Shown here: piece by piece, positions 16,115 through 30,639 of the stretch
Numbering within the stretch: position 1 is the stretch's first letter
Layout of the letters: each line of letters begins with the position of its first letter
Assembly: GCA_012295275.1 (NCBI GenBank)
Contig: CM022674.1
Span: 4,712,001 to 4,776,000 of the forward strand
Reading direction: 5' to 3'
Source: Chrysomallon squamiferum
Lineage: Eukaryota > Animalia > Mollusca
DNA length: 64,000 nt
The notes under the pieces: generated by a model
What the model was told of the DNA's origin: nothing
Databases searched by the model: none
Seen by the model: only the letters and a program-made list of their open reading frames with translations
Made by a program: the position numbers and the translations under genes

Positions 16115-16684
16115 TATGCAGACATGCAGACAGTCAAACAGAAAGACGTGTGTATATGTATATATATTCAGGTACGTAAATAGGCAAAGAAAGAAGCAAA
16201 CTGACAGAAAAAAAGCGAAAAAATAAAAAGTAATAATAACAAAAGTACATAAATCAATAAAATTTAAAACAAGAGATGGCACACTCCTCAAGGGGGAATT
16301 GAACTTAGTGCCTAACGTAAACGAGGATGACTGCTGTCGCATGCATATAAATGCCTAATAATCTTAAGACTCCCATAATTAGATTTTCAGCAGATTTTTA
16401 TCGAAATACATTTCCACATCATCTTGAGAGAAACAGTAATTAAATAAAGAAATATCAAATTTTCACCATTACCGTTCTTAAAATGTTCGTAGTGGGCACG
16501 ATAAGTTGATTAAAATAGACTTTTAGTTAATTACAGTGATTAATGTTTTTGCTGCATCATTTATTTATTGTCGTTGTTGTCGTTGTTGTTACTGTCATTG
16601 TTGTCGTCATCGTCATCGTCACGGACTTGCAATTTTGCTTTGTTCTTTATTTTGTTGATTATTTGTAAAATTTCGATTTTATTC

Positions 16685-16738
<54 letters not shown>

Positions 16739-17642
16739 CATCATTATTTTTATTATTATTATTATTTTTATTATTGTTGTTGTTGCTGATGTTGTCGTTG
16801 TCATTTCTATTAATAGTTATTTCATTTCATTTAGTTATTTACTTACTATAAAAAAATTACTTAAGCAATATATAGTAAAATCAAATAAAACTTAAAAAGA
16901 TTCAAAATAAACAAAAACCTCTTAAATTTATTTCCACTGGTTAAAACCTGTTAAAAGTTCTTGCTTCAAAAACACTTTGTAAACACGTCCATAAATACCT
17001 TTCCACCCCCGCATTAATGGTGCTTTAAGGTAATCTGTATTCATGTATTGCTGTAAAGTATGTCTACCTCCATTTAGAACTCGGAATTCTGGGATATTGT
17101 TATTTAAAGAGTAATTACCGTATGGCTTGAGCCATTCAAGAGTTCGCAATTCTTATTTACTGTGATTATTAATGTAAAGCATTTTTTGTGTGGTTACGCT
17201 GATGGAATTCCTGTACACAAATGACGTCAAAGCGATTATTCTTGACTTATGGGTTTGAATGACGTCATTTTTTTTGTTTGTTTTACTTTATTTTATTTAT
17301 GTTTCTTTTTTTTGTGCTTGCTTTAATGGAGTTTTCTTTCTTTCTTTCTTTATATTTATATTTCTTCTTTTTTTAAATTAATTTAACGTATTACATTTAT
17401 TTATTTATTTTTGTATATTTACACACACACATTCTTAATTCTAATTTTATTCATTTATTTATACTTTCTAGAAACTTTTTTTTTTTCTTTTTTAACTTAT
17501 TTATTTGTTTATCCATTTTTATTTTATGAGGGATAGGTTAGATATTTTTAATTTAGAATTTTATAAAACCAAAAAAAAAAAAAAAAGAGAAAATAAACGA
17601 AATGAGAGAAAAAAATCTTTTACGTACATATAGGTCAGGAAA

Positions 17643-17697
<55 letters not shown>

Positions 17698-17744
17698 CAA
17701 TAAATAATAAATAATAGCAATGAAATAAATAAACAAAAATATAA

Positions 17745-17784
17745 CATATATATATGTGTGTGTGAATATATGTATGTATGTATG

Positions 17785-17816
<32 letters not shown>

Positions 17817-17953
17817 ATGTGTATGTATGTATGTATGTATGTATGTATGTATATATATATATATGTGTGTGTGTGTATGTATGTATATATGTATGTATGT
17901 ATGTATATGTATATATATATATATATATGTGTGTGTATGTATGTATGTATGTA

Positions 17954-17986
<33 letters not shown>
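17745..17986. repeat. Compound (TA)n/(TATG)n/(TG)n microsatellite
   Basis: Directly visible. Confidence 0.95.
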
Positions 17987-18809
17987 TGTACTTGTCGCTT
18001 CACTGTCAGAAACAGAACGGAGTTGAATTGTTCACCTCCTGTGACCCCCAAAAGGCCGCTAATAGCAAACTGTTGACGAGAACTCTCGGGGAGGAGGTCT
18101 GACGGTGGTGGGGGGGGGTGTAATTAGGGCGGTTGGGTGTAATTGATTTGACCCTCGCCAACCGGCGAGGAATCCAAGATGCACATGAAGAGGGAATAAT
18201 TGGCCGGCAAATGCGCTTCGGGTCCCTGCCACTTAAATAGGATGTGTCTATTTCACAAAAATATTAACTCCATCGATCTCTTCCAGCAAAATGGCCGCTC
18301 AAATGCGAAAAAGAGCTTGTTTATGACAACGTGTTACCGTTATTATTTCGTTTCCGTAGCAGTCCTGCGGAAGTGGAGAAAAAAAAAAAAAAAAAAGAAA
18401 AAAAAGTAGATGGACAGACGGTTTCGGAGAACAATAATTAGGGGCAAAAATCGACGGATATCTTATCAATAAATTCAATCATTTGAGAGTTTCCGCAAGG
18501 CTCGATTCAACGGATCGATAATGGGCCCTAATCTACGGAAGACGCTGTCTCTTTTTTTTTTTTTTTTTTCTTGTCCGTTCGTTGAATTTAAAAGTGCTAT
18601 CAACGTTTTTGATGGTCTTACATTCTTGATGACGTCTGTTTGAAGCGAAAAGGATATCAATAAGAATGCACGAGAAGGTAAAAAAGTAGGAAGAAGAAGA
18701 AAAATAAAATCAAAAGAAAGACGGAAAAAGAGAAGAAAAGGAAAAGACAAAAGTTTAAAAAAGTAAAGAAAAGTTAAAAAAGAGAATGATCGAGTGGAAG
18801 AGAAAGTAA

Positions 18810-18841
<32 letters not shown>

Positions 18842-19177
18842 ATGAATGATTGAATAGAGCAGAGAAACTGATGATTTAAAGAAAAAAAAAGAAATCACCG
18901 AAAGAATGAAAGAAAAAAAAAAAGATGAAAAAAAATATATATATATATTAAAAGGAAAAACATTCCCTTGATATGAATGCACATTTATTTCTCGTATTAA
19001 ACAACATTACTGTGACAGAAACCATACTTTATTAAAAGAAAAAGAATAAATAAATAAATGGAATCAGATATAAGAAAAAACAATTTATAATATAATATAA
19101 CAAAAAGAGTTCATATCAGATATGAAAAATGTACGAAAATAGAAATAACAGAAGGTGGATTAAAGGAGTGGAGTCAG

Positions 19178-19266
<89 letters not shown>

Positions 19267-19366
19267 AATAAGAACGATTTAATCAATCATCTTCATTCAA
19301 AAATAATAAACCGAAAAATGTAATGAGAACTTTCCAAAATACATCAGCGTGTGAAACAGCAGAACG

Positions 19367-19408
<42 letters not shown>

Positions 19409-19411
19409 TAC

Positions 19412-19443
<32 letters not shown>

Positions 19444-19779
19444 AAAATAATAATAATAATAATAATAACAAATAAAAAACGAGAGTCGTCTGATATGCCT
19501 ATGTGTACGTGTTTCTGTGTATGCGCGTGCGCGCGTGCGTCAGTATGTGGGTGTGTATCTGTGTGTATTTCCCATTAATACGAATCTCCCAAACCTTCGT
19601 ATTATTCATATCACACCAGAGACGAAGGTTTTCCTTTCATTAGCTGCGTGGAATCGTCATTATTATTACTAATTAATGAACTAATTATTTACATATAAAT
19701 GAAATATAAAACATTATATTATCCATCTTGTTGTCATTATTGTTATCGTCGTTGTATTTAATTCACTGTTGTTACTTGT

Positions 19780-19909
19780 TAAATTATTTCTATTATTATT
19801 GTCGTTGTTGTTGTTGTTGTTATTGTTGTTGTTACTACTGTTATTGTTATTATTGTTGAGATTGTTAATATCATCGTCATCATCATTGTCTTTATCATTA
19901 TTACTATTA

Positions 19910-19962
<53 letters not shown>

Positions 19963-20030
19963 GCTATTGCTATTATTATTATTATCATTATTATTATTAT
20001 TATTATTGCTATTATCATTATTTTTATTAT
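19780..20030. repeat. (TTA)n/(TTG)n trinucleotide low-complexity tract
   Basis: Directly visible; source of the poly-Leu/poly-Ile ORFs. Confidence 0.93.
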
Positions 20031-20685
20031 TATTTCTTCATATTTTGTTCTGTGCCTGAAGAAAGTGGCTGCCTCTAATTAATTACCAATGAGTTTCTGC
20101 TGACGAAAATATCACGAGTTACATTACATTAATTTTTCTAATTAATTAATTAATTAATTAATCATTATATATAATTATGATATAACGCACGCGAAGAAAG
20201 ACACAAGAATAGCCAGATCCACGGCATAAACAAAATACTGGTTTAGAAAATATTATTTAATTCAAAAGGTTTGGGGAATCCGTATTAATCGGAAAAAAAA
20301 AAAAATATAGATTACGGATTACTGTAGGTCGTAGACCTTACAAGAGGATTGTGTGTGTATCTTAGTAGATCAAAGAAAGAACTGAACTGTTTGACATGAA
20401 TTAGAGAAAAAGAAACGAGAAAAAGAAGAATAGAAAAACAACAAAAAAGATGAAAAAGCAAAACTACTATTACTACTACGATTATTACTACTACTACTAT
20501 TATTATTACAACTACTAGTTCAAGCAGCAGTTCAGTTACTACTTCTACTACAAGCACTAGTAGTACTACTACTATTATTACTACTTCTACTATTACTATT
20601 ACCACTGCTGCTGTTACTATTAGTACTACTATTGCAACTGATATTTATATTATTAGTATTACTACTAATCCTATACAACTACAAT

Positions 20686-20717
<32 letters not shown>

Positions 20718-20935
20718 CTTGTTGTGTTTGTTGTTGTAATGATTATGATGACGACGACTACATTTTGAAGAACAACAACAAAAAATACAAAAGCAGCATG
20801 TGCCAAATTTACAACGTCACCTTTTAAGACCTGTAATATTCTTCCAAATCAGGACAGAACAGAAAGTAAATTTAACCCAAGAGAAAAACATTATTTATTT
20901 ATTTATTTATTTATTATTTGTAATTTCTGTTTTCT

Positions 20936-21097
20936 TCTTCTTTTCTATAAAGAACCGATGAAATAATATTGCTATTACGTCTGAGAATAAACGATTTAGT
21001 GTATGATATATATATAATAAATATATATCAAACATTTCCGAAAACAACCGAAGAATTATATTACGAAAATGTACGACGTTTCCGAAAACAAACGATT
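20936..21097 (+). repeat. Dispersed repeat copy A (CCGAA-rich)
   Basis: Collinear with 24314-24496: both contain tctgagaataaacgatttagtgt and gtttccgaaaacaaacga. Confidence 0.88.
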
Positions 21098-21634
21098 TAG
21101 GAAATGATTTGAAAAATAAAAATATAAAAGGAAAACACAAACCAAATCAAACGCATATCTTGTTTAATTTAGACATCCAATATATACAGTATAGGGTCTT
21201 TTATCTTTTTATTCTTCTTTTTTAAAACTTTTGTAAAAAAAATTTAAAAAAATGTTTTTACCCTAAAATTACCTTTCTACTTCTATTTCTATCATAAATG
21301 TCGACAGTCCAAAGAATTAACTACAGCCGACAAAACAAAAATAAAAATAAAAAAACAGACAGCGTTTAAACGGACATTTTACTTTCAACTTAGATTGTTT
21401 CTGACGTTAAACGCTAGATTTGCCGAGTTTTATAACTAAAGAACTTGATCAAAACCCAACGAGCAGAGAGAGAGCAGAAACGTATTACTTTTAAAAGGAT
21501 TATTAAATACTGTATGGAAGAATATGCAGGCATTTTTTTTATTATTATTTGTCAACATTTATTTGGTTTGTGTTTTGTGATGTCTACATGGATTATCAGA
21601 ATCACCACTTTGCATACGAAATAACTTATTTCCC

Positions 21635-21840
21635 AGTCAGTAGTCAAAGGCCGTATTTTTTGTTGCTGTCTATGAGAAGGTGCAAATAAAAAAGTTACTT
21701 TTGCTAATTGGAAAAGGCAACGCACTGAAGTAACATGTTTGGCTCTCTCGGTATCATCCTTATCACCATACGTGACTCAGTTTAACTGTATTAACAACTA
21801 AACTGAATCTTTTTTTTTTTTTATTAAATAAAACATTTGT
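21635..21840 (+). mobile_element. Degenerate SINE body and 3' end (Nin/Deu-domain-like, gastropod type)
   Basis: caaaggccgt...ctgtctatgagaaggtgcaaataaaa...tgctaattggaaaag...tgaagt...ctctctc...tccttatcaccatacg...ttaaataaaacattt is collinear with my recalled consensus caaaggccgtggtatg...ctgtctgtgggatggtgcatataaaagatccc...ttaaataaaacattt; recalled, not searched. Confidence 0.7.
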
Positions 21841-23118
21841 GTCTCTTTTCTTTAACGTTATTTGTTCTGGCAAATCCTTTGATGTTCAGTAACCGAAAAT
21901 CTTTAATCTCACACAAGTACACTGAATCACTTTGCTGTTTGTCGACGTTATCCGATTCTTTTATTTGGCTTCGTTCCAAAGAAAACGAATCGAAAATAAA
22001 TTTAAATTGTTTTATATGACTTAAAGTGAGAAACAAAATAAACAAACAAGATTAAATTATTTTTTTGTTCGCTGGATGACCTTTTGAGATTATAATTTCA
22101 CTAGGATAAATTCATGTTTCCTACGCACCTGATGTACTGCCTGTTGACTTCACAGTGAATTTCTCTCGTAGCGTTCAAATATTAGCAATAGTGAGTTCAA
22201 TTCTTCTGACCGGCATAGACAAACAATCAGACAGATAAATAGGCTAGTATGAAGATAAATAAATGGCACGATAGACAGAGAGATACGTAGACAGACAGAC
22301 AGGGAGAAACACTGACAGAGAGACAGAGAGACAGAGATACAGAGAGATAGAGAGCAACAGAGACAGATACATACAATTACGTGTGAAGTCTAGGCGTTTT
22401 ATTTTTACCACCATCATAACAGACGAATTTACGAGTTTTTTCCAAGATTGCAAGACATTTCAAACCCTCTGACCCTACAGTAAACGCTTCCGAGCTCTTG
22501 TTATGAATTCAGAGAAGATCAAAGTTCTGAAGAACCGTATTGATTCACTATTTATACATGTAAATTACGGTAAATGTGTTTAGACGTTCACAGACACTTA
22601 AAGTATGAAGACAGGCTTGAAGGAGAAAATACTGTTTACTCACATTCCATTTATCTTGACGTTTTCAAGGAAGCTCACTTCGAACATAAACACACTAACG
22701 TGTAAGAATAAAAAAAAATTTACATAGAAAATGTATAAATTTTAAAATGATTAACCGAAAAACATCCCGACGCGAAAGAAACGATAAAAGGGATCAAACG
22801 AAAATACAGTTGTCACCGATATAATAAAGTATATTATTTTTTTTTTTTTTTTTTTTCTAAAAAGGAAGAAAAATAAAAAACAACACTTTATGGCGGCAGT
22901 TTGGAACATGTTAGTGAAAACGAAAACGTTAAGTGGGGATTATGTTGAAGAGTCAGGTTGGTTTGATGGTCTTTGAAGTTAGCAGACAGACAACGATTAA
23001 GTAACTTAAGGGTTGTAACGTTCCGAGTATTAATAACCCATAATAATCTTCTTCCATCATCAATCGCAAGAGATGTGTCATTTAAAAAAAAAAAAAAAAA
23101 AAAACAAGAAAGAAAACA

Positions 23119-23178
<60 letters not shown>

Positions 23179-23681
23179 AATTCATCGGTTTGCCTGAATT
23201 ACACATCTGAAGGGTAATTTCTCGCTACAATTTGTCAAACGGTTTTTTATATCAATTTCTGACATTCCATACCTCAGTATTACGAACGTATCAAGTTCAT
23301 TTATCCTTTGATAACATTTATCAAATAAAATTTCATCAGTTTGGTGTAAGTAAATGCCTCGCCGTGTCAAATCTGGCCAAGAAGCCACGATTTTGTTTCA
23401 GAGATGTTGGCGCGTCGAGATTGAATATGTAGATGTGTCATTGTTTTAGATTGGCTCTTGTAAATTTGATATTGGTTTAAATAAAACAGAAAGAGAAGAA
23501 AAAAATGTATCTTTCACAGTGACAGTATTTGACTTTGTCTCTCCTTGCTACCCTCTATCAGTATATCTCATTCTTTTTTTTTTTTTTTTCTCTCTGTCAT
23601 TGTAACTCTAATTCTCTGTCTCGTTCGTTTGTTTGTTGCTCTAATCTCTCTCTCTCTCTCGTTCGTTTGTTTGTTCGCGCC

Positions 23682-23810
<129 letters not shown>

Positions 23811-23932
23811 ACACATAATCATTAATCCCCAGATATAATGTTGTTACAGCATATACCATGATCATCATGGTTCTGAATACAACTAACTGTGACGTACGTA
23901 TTGTAAATACTTCTAAATACACATTATGCACA

Positions 23933-24042
23933 TTGTTACATACGTTTTATAAACACTGTTACATACGTATTATAAACACTGTTACAAATATATTATAAAA
24001 CCTGTTACATACGTATTATATCACACCGTTACGTACGTATCA
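23933..24042. repeat. Minisatellite, about 23-bp unit (tgttacatacgtattataaacac), about 5 copies
   Basis: Repeated gttacatacgt(a/t)ttata. Confidence 0.9.
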
Positions 24043-24313
24043 CAAAATATTGTGTTACACTGAATATTGTGGTCCTTTGAATGCCATTTGCGAATTCTTC
24101 ACTTTATTTAACTGACGGATGAAAAAGTGATCATTTCTGCTTTCGATTAACAAGTTAGATTTTATAAAATGATAACTGTGCCTCGAGGTCGGACGGCACT
24201 TAGTACAAAACAAGGACACAAATACTGAGTAATCAGTCTGCCTGTCGAAATCCGTTTCCGGAAAGATGCGTTGATGCAAAAAGAATATTTTTTTCTTTTT
24301 TTTTTTTTTTTTT

Positions 24314-24496
24314 CTTCTCTATAAAGAAATGATGAAATAAAATTAATAACAGACGTCCATTATATCTGAGAATAAACGATTTAGTGTGTAAAAAAAAAAA
24401 AAAAATAATAATAATTTAAAATGTGTAACAAATGTTTCCGAAAAAAGCCGAAGAAATATATGCGAAAATGCACGATGTTTCCGAAAACAAACGACT
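24314..24496 (+). repeat. Dispersed repeat copy B (CCGAA-rich)
   Basis: Collinear with 20936-21097; the middle is replaced by a poly-A expansion. Confidence 0.88.
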
Positions 24497-25018
24497 CAAA
24501 AAGGGCCAGATGCTCAAAAAAAAAAAAAAAAAAAAAAAAATAACAAAACGAAACAATTCCCGAGAATATCCTCTGGGTGTTGTGGAAAAAAAAACTATGT
24601 AGCATTCGGAAATATCCCAAGGCCCTGCGAAAGAAGAATTTGATAGATCAGAGCGCCCGAAGGATCCGGAAAGAAACGATCAACTATACGCAAACATTCG
24701 GATGTCCGGAAAGAACCGATTGCATGTTAGCTACAGTTTGAAGTGTAGGAAGTAATTATTGTTTGTAAATACCTAAGGGCTCGGACAAAAAGGGCGGACA
24801 GGTTAAATACTACACAATGACATTTTTAATAGACTTTTTGATTATTCAGCCTCTGGGTACATATATGTAAATATATACGTTATGTAAATATATACATATA
24901 TATTTGAAAGGGTCAGTAACGTACCGTGGAATTTTTAATAAATGTATGAGCGAAAATGTATTGTTTATTTACTTTATCTATTTATTGCTTTATTATTAAT
25001 TTATTCTTGGCCTTGTAA

Positions 25019-25022
<4 letters not shown>

Positions 25023-25051
<29 letters not shown>

Positions 25052-25110
25052 TATTTTATTTATTTTATTTATTTTATTTATTTTATTTATTTTATTTAAT
25101 TATTTTATTT

Positions 25111-25162
<52 letters not shown>

Positions 25163-25194
25163 TTTTTGGTTTATTTATTTATTTATTTATTTGT

Positions 25195-25245
<51 letters not shown>

Positions 25246-25282
25246 TTTTATTTATTTATTTAACTATCTATCTATTTATTTA
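25023..25282. repeat. (TTTA)n microsatellite
   Basis: Directly visible. Confidence 0.95.
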
Positions 25283-25564
25283 TTTGTCGTTTTATAGTTA
25301 GCAATATTTTTTTATGTAAATTAAATAATTTTTTACTCTAATGAACTAATACGTCTTATTTAAAACACAGCAAAAGAAAATAACCAAACAGACACGTGGT
25401 TGAACGTACAACACATAGTTAAACTCTGGAAGATGGATAGACAGATGGAGGGATATAAAAAGGAAAGAAATAAAGAGAGAAAAAACAGAATGACTAAGAT
25501 GAATCATGCAATTATATTTTTATTGTTCCTTTTTTTTATTTATTATTATTATTTTTTATTTATT

Positions 25565-25604
<40 letters not shown>

Positions 25605-25960
25605 ATTCGGATCTGAAAAGCCGGAAGATTTAGCTTAATCACATGACCATCTGAACAAATTAATCTTCGACAACTGCAGAATTGTTTTTTTTCTCTCAGT
25701 TTTTGTGTTTTCATAACCTCTGTTTCCTTGGCAACAGGACTAAATAACTGCTCACGTTAATGTCATTCTTTTTTCTGTCTTTCTTACGTTCCTTCCCATT
25801 ATACTTTTTATTCTTCTTTTACATTTGTAATCTTTATTTTTGTTTTCTTTTCTTCGACTATTCTAATTTCGAACAGCTTAATAATTTAGTAATTTCGTGG
25901 GAAAGAAAAGTAATTAAAATCTAAATAAAAAGTTAAAGTGATAAACAAACTTCGGTCATC

Positions 25961-26004
<44 letters not shown>

Positions 26005-26071
26005 TCTTATTTAATTTATTATTATTATTTTTATTGTTGTTCTTGTTGTTATTATTATTATTATTATTATT

Positions 26072-26109
<38 letters not shown>

Positions 26110-27805
26110 TATTACTATATTTATTTATTTATTTATTTTCTTTATTTATTTTATTTTATTTTTTATAATTAATTACTTCGGCTATTCATTCTTTCATTCG
26201 TGTTTTTCTTTTTTCTTTATTCCTTCAATATTATTTCGTTTCCCTTTCATTCATTGTGTTTTATTTGCATGACCCTATAACCATTAAATTTGCATAAAGT
26301 GACTTTTGACTTTTTTAAAATATCGGTTATTCAGTATAAGATTTAAACTGATGTGTTCTTTCCTTTTGTTTCTTGGTGGCATAAAATGAACTTCAAGCAC
26401 GTGAAGGTCTAATTTTAGAAATTTTTAAAACAATTTTTCTTTCAATAAATCATACGTATGCTGGACATGCATGTACTCGACAGCTTTACGTGCTGTACTG
26501 TGATTTGACGAGCAAGCAAATAGTTTAAAAATGTTTAAATGACGAAACCTCCTTCAGTACTCAAACCAGAAAACAAAATAAACGCAGCTTCTTACTTTTA
26601 TTTTCTTTTATTTTTATTATTTATTTATTTTATTTTATTTTTTATTTATTTATTTATTTTTTTTTTTTGAAGTTATGTTTTTATTTTTTTTTATTTTAAA
26701 GTTATGTATTTATTTAATTATTTATTTTAATTATTATCTTTTTTTTAATTATTTGATTTTTATTTTATTTATTTTATTTATTTATTTATTTATTTTTTAT
26801 TTTTTTTTATTTATTTATTTATTACTACTACAACTACTACTACTATCTCTACTACTATTACTACTACTATTTTTTTTAATATCAGTTTTTCAGTAACTTT
26901 TTACCATTTTATTGTCAAATAGATTTCATCATGCATATAAAAACCATCCGTATTGTGTTCCATCCTCTGACCATAAAACCATCCATCGAGATGCGATCAT
27001 CAACCACTTATCAATAATGTAAAACTGAGAAGGAAAAACATACCAACTGATCGTTTAAATACACATCTACCCCACACGCATCCATCCGTTCATTTGTACA
27101 TCTTTCCTTTCCTCCATGCATACAACTATCACTCGTCTTTGATATCCATACTAACATGAAAACAAAGAAAAGTAGTTTTCAAAACTAGAATATCAAAATA
27201 ACTGTACGTCATGTATCTTATCTGTATTGTTCATCCCTCCCTCCATTAATTCTATCCGTCTGTACATTTATATAGAAATGAATATATATATATATATATA
27301 TATAAGAAATAAAACTGATATTAAGTTACGATGTTTTCGGGTTTTTTGGTTTTTTCCCGTCTGTTGATATAAGATAATTTTTGCCAATTTATTTTCTGTC
27401 ATTGTCTGTTTCTGTCAAACGCTTTGAAGGTCACGAACAAAGTTTATCGATTGGTTTTCTCTGATCAGCTATTGGATTTCAAACATTTGTTTTGAAAAAC
27501 GACACCAGAATACATTGGTGTGTTTTGTTCTGTCATATATATATTGCATTTCAGTCTTTGTTTATTAACAGTGCTGGAGAAAACTGTTTGAAATTCTAAC
27601 ATCGGTTAAAGAGTAAGGTTCAACGGGATTTAAAAATAATATATGATATATTCATTATTATTATTATTATTATTGTTATTATTATTATCATCATCATCAT
27701 TGTTGTTGTTGTTGTTGTTGTTGTTTTATCGACATCACCTAAACAAATTTAATAATGTTCTCCTTTGATTACGGAATAACAACAATTATATATCATAGGA
27801 CCATT

Positions 27806-28113
27806 AAAATATACTGATTATTTTTGTATACCAGTTATTGAATGTCAGACATTTTTTTAAAGATATCACAAAACATACTGATTAATTTTCTATCATCAGT
27901 TATTGAATGTCAGACATTTGTTTAAAGATATCACAAAACATACTGATTAATTTTCTATCATCAGTTATTGGATGTCAAACATTTGTTTAATACATTACTA
28001 GAACACATTGATTAATTTTCTATCATCAGTTATTGTGTGTCAAACATTTGTTTGCATAACCACTAGACTACAGACTATTTTTCTACCATGGTCTAGTGAA
28101 TATTAAACATTTT
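27806..28113. repeat. Minisatellite, 65-bp unit, 4-5 copies
   Basis: aaacatactgattaattttctatcatcagttattgaatgtcagacatttgtttaaagatatcaca starts at 27871, with variants at 27936 and 28001 and degenerate copies at both ends. Confidence 0.95.
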
Positions 28114-28435
28114 GTATTTCATAAATTTTAGGGCCGAATCATTTAAATTTGTTTTAAAACTGAAAACCCTACAAAATAGTTAACTACAGAAGATCGTCAG
28201 CTGAATTTATTTATTTATTTTTATTTTTTTATGTTTTTATTTTTTTATTTTTTTGTTTTCGATTTACATAAATGTGACTGGATTTCAAATGAGCAAAATT
28301 TAACCACTCCCTAACATATTACAGATAAGAGTTTTTTGCACTTCAGAAGCATCTAGGTTTAACTTTTGAATAAACCAAATTAAAATAAAAAAATAGAGAA
28401 AGAAATTGAGTTATGTTGCATTTTTTGACTAACAA

Positions 28436-28885
28436 GAAGGAATGAAATGTTAATAATGAACGACACACTCAAAACATTTTTATTTACGGTTACAAGATTT
28501 TGGACATAATAAGGTTAAGAAACATTTGCATAAAGAGAGAGGAAAACCGCAGCGGTCACTTAATGGTTTACTGAAAATATAATAATGTATTATAAAGAGA
28601 TGATGGGCTTACGAAGAAAGCGCTTGTATACATATTATATTTTACATCTGAGTAAGTGTTTCACATCCAATTTAAAATTTTGTAGAAATCATTGAGGTAT
28701 GCATTGATATTAGCATTAAAAGAAAGAAAGCACAAAATAGTGTCTTGATATGTACCTTCTCATAAACAGGATAAGTACATATCGTGACTTTTATTGCACA
28801 GTCTATGAGCACCAGCTGGAACGAGAGAAAGAGATCAGTGTTGACACCGAGAGAGATCGAATCCGACTAGTGACGGCACCTCACA
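28436..28885 (-). mobile_element. Near-complete but degenerate tRNA-derived SINE (Nin/Deu-domain-like), interrupted by about 175 bp of unrelated sequence
   Basis: 28436-28572 (gaaggaatgaaatg...aacgacacactcaaaacatttttatttacggtta...gagagaggaaaaccgc) and 28748-28885 (atatgtacc...acaggata...gcaccagctggaacgaga...caccga...gatcga) match the two halves of my recalled reverse-strand SINE consensus in the correct order; the head carries a B-box-like gatcga. Confidence 0.75.
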
Positions 28886-28896
28886 CCTCAATCATA

Positions 28897-29107
28897 CAAA
28901 TGTCCAATCACACAAAAAATGTCCAATCAATCACACAAAAATGTCCAATCACAAAAAAATGTCCAGTCACACAAAAAATTTACAATCACACCAAAAAAAT
29001 GTCTAATAACACAAAAAAATGTCCAATCACACACACAAAAATGTCCAATCACACAAAAAAAATGTCCAATCACACACACACAAAAAAAAAAAATGTCCAA
29101 TCACACA
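28897..29107. repeat. Minisatellite, about 20-bp unit (aaatgtccaatcacacaa), about 10 copies
   Basis: Repeated aatgtccaatcaca with variable A/CA linkers. Confidence 0.95.
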
Positions 29108-30209
29108 AACAGAGCTGAGACAAAACAAAGAAAGAGTTAATATTCATGTTTCTTTCTGAACGAACGCAACTCGGTAATGTTTTTAGAGCAAAAAGAATCA
29201 ATCACGTAAGACAAAAAGAGGATGAGGAATTTATTACAAATCTCAGAAGAATCGTTTCGCTCACTATTAAAACGATTCCGATGTCAGCGAGTGGAAGAAG
29301 AATAATGCATTAACTTTCTTTTTATAAATAATAAAACGGGTCTGTATGTTAAGATATCCTTTGAAATGAATATTCACAAGAATGTGTCATACTGACATCG
29401 ACCGAACCAAAGTGAACTTTATTTACCATTCAGGACGTGGTGTATTAGAATGAGGAGATTTGCACAAACAACAGTCAATATATTAATGTATTCTGAAAAA
29501 AAGATAATGGGCTTAAATCAAAGCGCAGGAATACGTATAATACACAAATCTGAATAAGAGTTTCATATTCCACTGATATCATTCAGGTATCCGTTGACAT
29601 AAGATAAAAAAAAAAAAAAAAAAGTAAAATAGTAATAATAACGAAATTATCAGCAGTAGGGATTTGAAAAAAATAAACGTAATTAAACGAAGAAGGATAC
29701 AATATATATATATATATATATATTTAAGGTATCAGCTAATTTAAAATGTATATAATGTACAAAAGTCATTCATTTTTGGTTTCGACTGACAGAAAGATAG
29801 TAAGTGATGATTTATTTTGTTCTTAAAACAAATAAACAAGCAAGCAAGCAAACAAACAAAGAAACAAGTAAATAAATAAATAAATAAATAATATTTATAA
29901 ATACTTCATCTAGACATATAATGAAAATAGCTCTGCGATGTTGTTATTGTTACACATTGGACACATTCTGTTTTCTGTTGCTACATTTTTTTTCCGTACC
30001 CGCATTTTAGTAAGAAGATTTTCTATTTTAAGTTTAAAAAGCAAAACTATTCACTGGTATATTCTCTCTATAAGTTTTAGATATCTCAAATGAAATGTAT
30101 ATTTTTATAAAATGTACTTAAAACTGTAGTAACACAAAGCGTAAATATATCCTTCGATTTATTTTAATTTTATTTTATGTTATTTCATTTTATTTCATTT
30201 CTTTTATAT

Positions 30210-30256
<47 letters not shown>

Positions 30257-30398
30257 TTTTATTTCATTTCTATTTTTTATTTATTTTTTTATTATTATTT
30301 TGTTTTGTTTTATTAATTATATTTTTTCCCACCATTATGTTAATTGTTGATATCAACACAAGAGTACAATTTAAAATAATATCTGAGTGTTACCTGTA

Positions 30399-30639
30399 GT
30401 TATGACGTCATCACCTACATGGTAGATCGATTTGCTCTAACGTTTCTTATACCGTAACAAAAATACAGCTATCAGTAGGCAATGTGTGTGATGACGTCAA
30501 AACCCAGTTGTGACGTCATCACATACAGGTAGATCAATTTCCTCTAACGTTTCTTCTACAGTAACAAAAAATAGAGCTAACAGTAGCCAATATATGTGAT
30601 GACGTCAACACCCCAGTTGTGAAAACGGAAAATGGCGGC
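30399..30639. promoter_or_regulatory. 108-bp tandem duplication with four CRE palindromes followed by a YY1-type motif
   Basis: TGACGTCA at 30403, 30492, 30511 and 30600 (period 108); CGGAAAATGGCGGC at 30626-30639. The duplication is certain, the regulatory role is inferred. Confidence 0.5.

Noticed and set aside
16928-17149. Non-repetitive 73-aa minus-strand ORF
   Set aside because: TTG start, no recognisable homology and no convincing splice sites
27806-29107. Tandem arrays as CRISPR-like repeats
   Set aside because: Units are head-to-tail without unique spacers, there are no cas genes, and the context is eukaryotic
28750-29140. ORFs with repeated KKCPITQ/KMSNHT motifs
   Set aside because: They are translations of the 20-bp minisatellite and SINE remnant; unit length is variable and not frame-preserving
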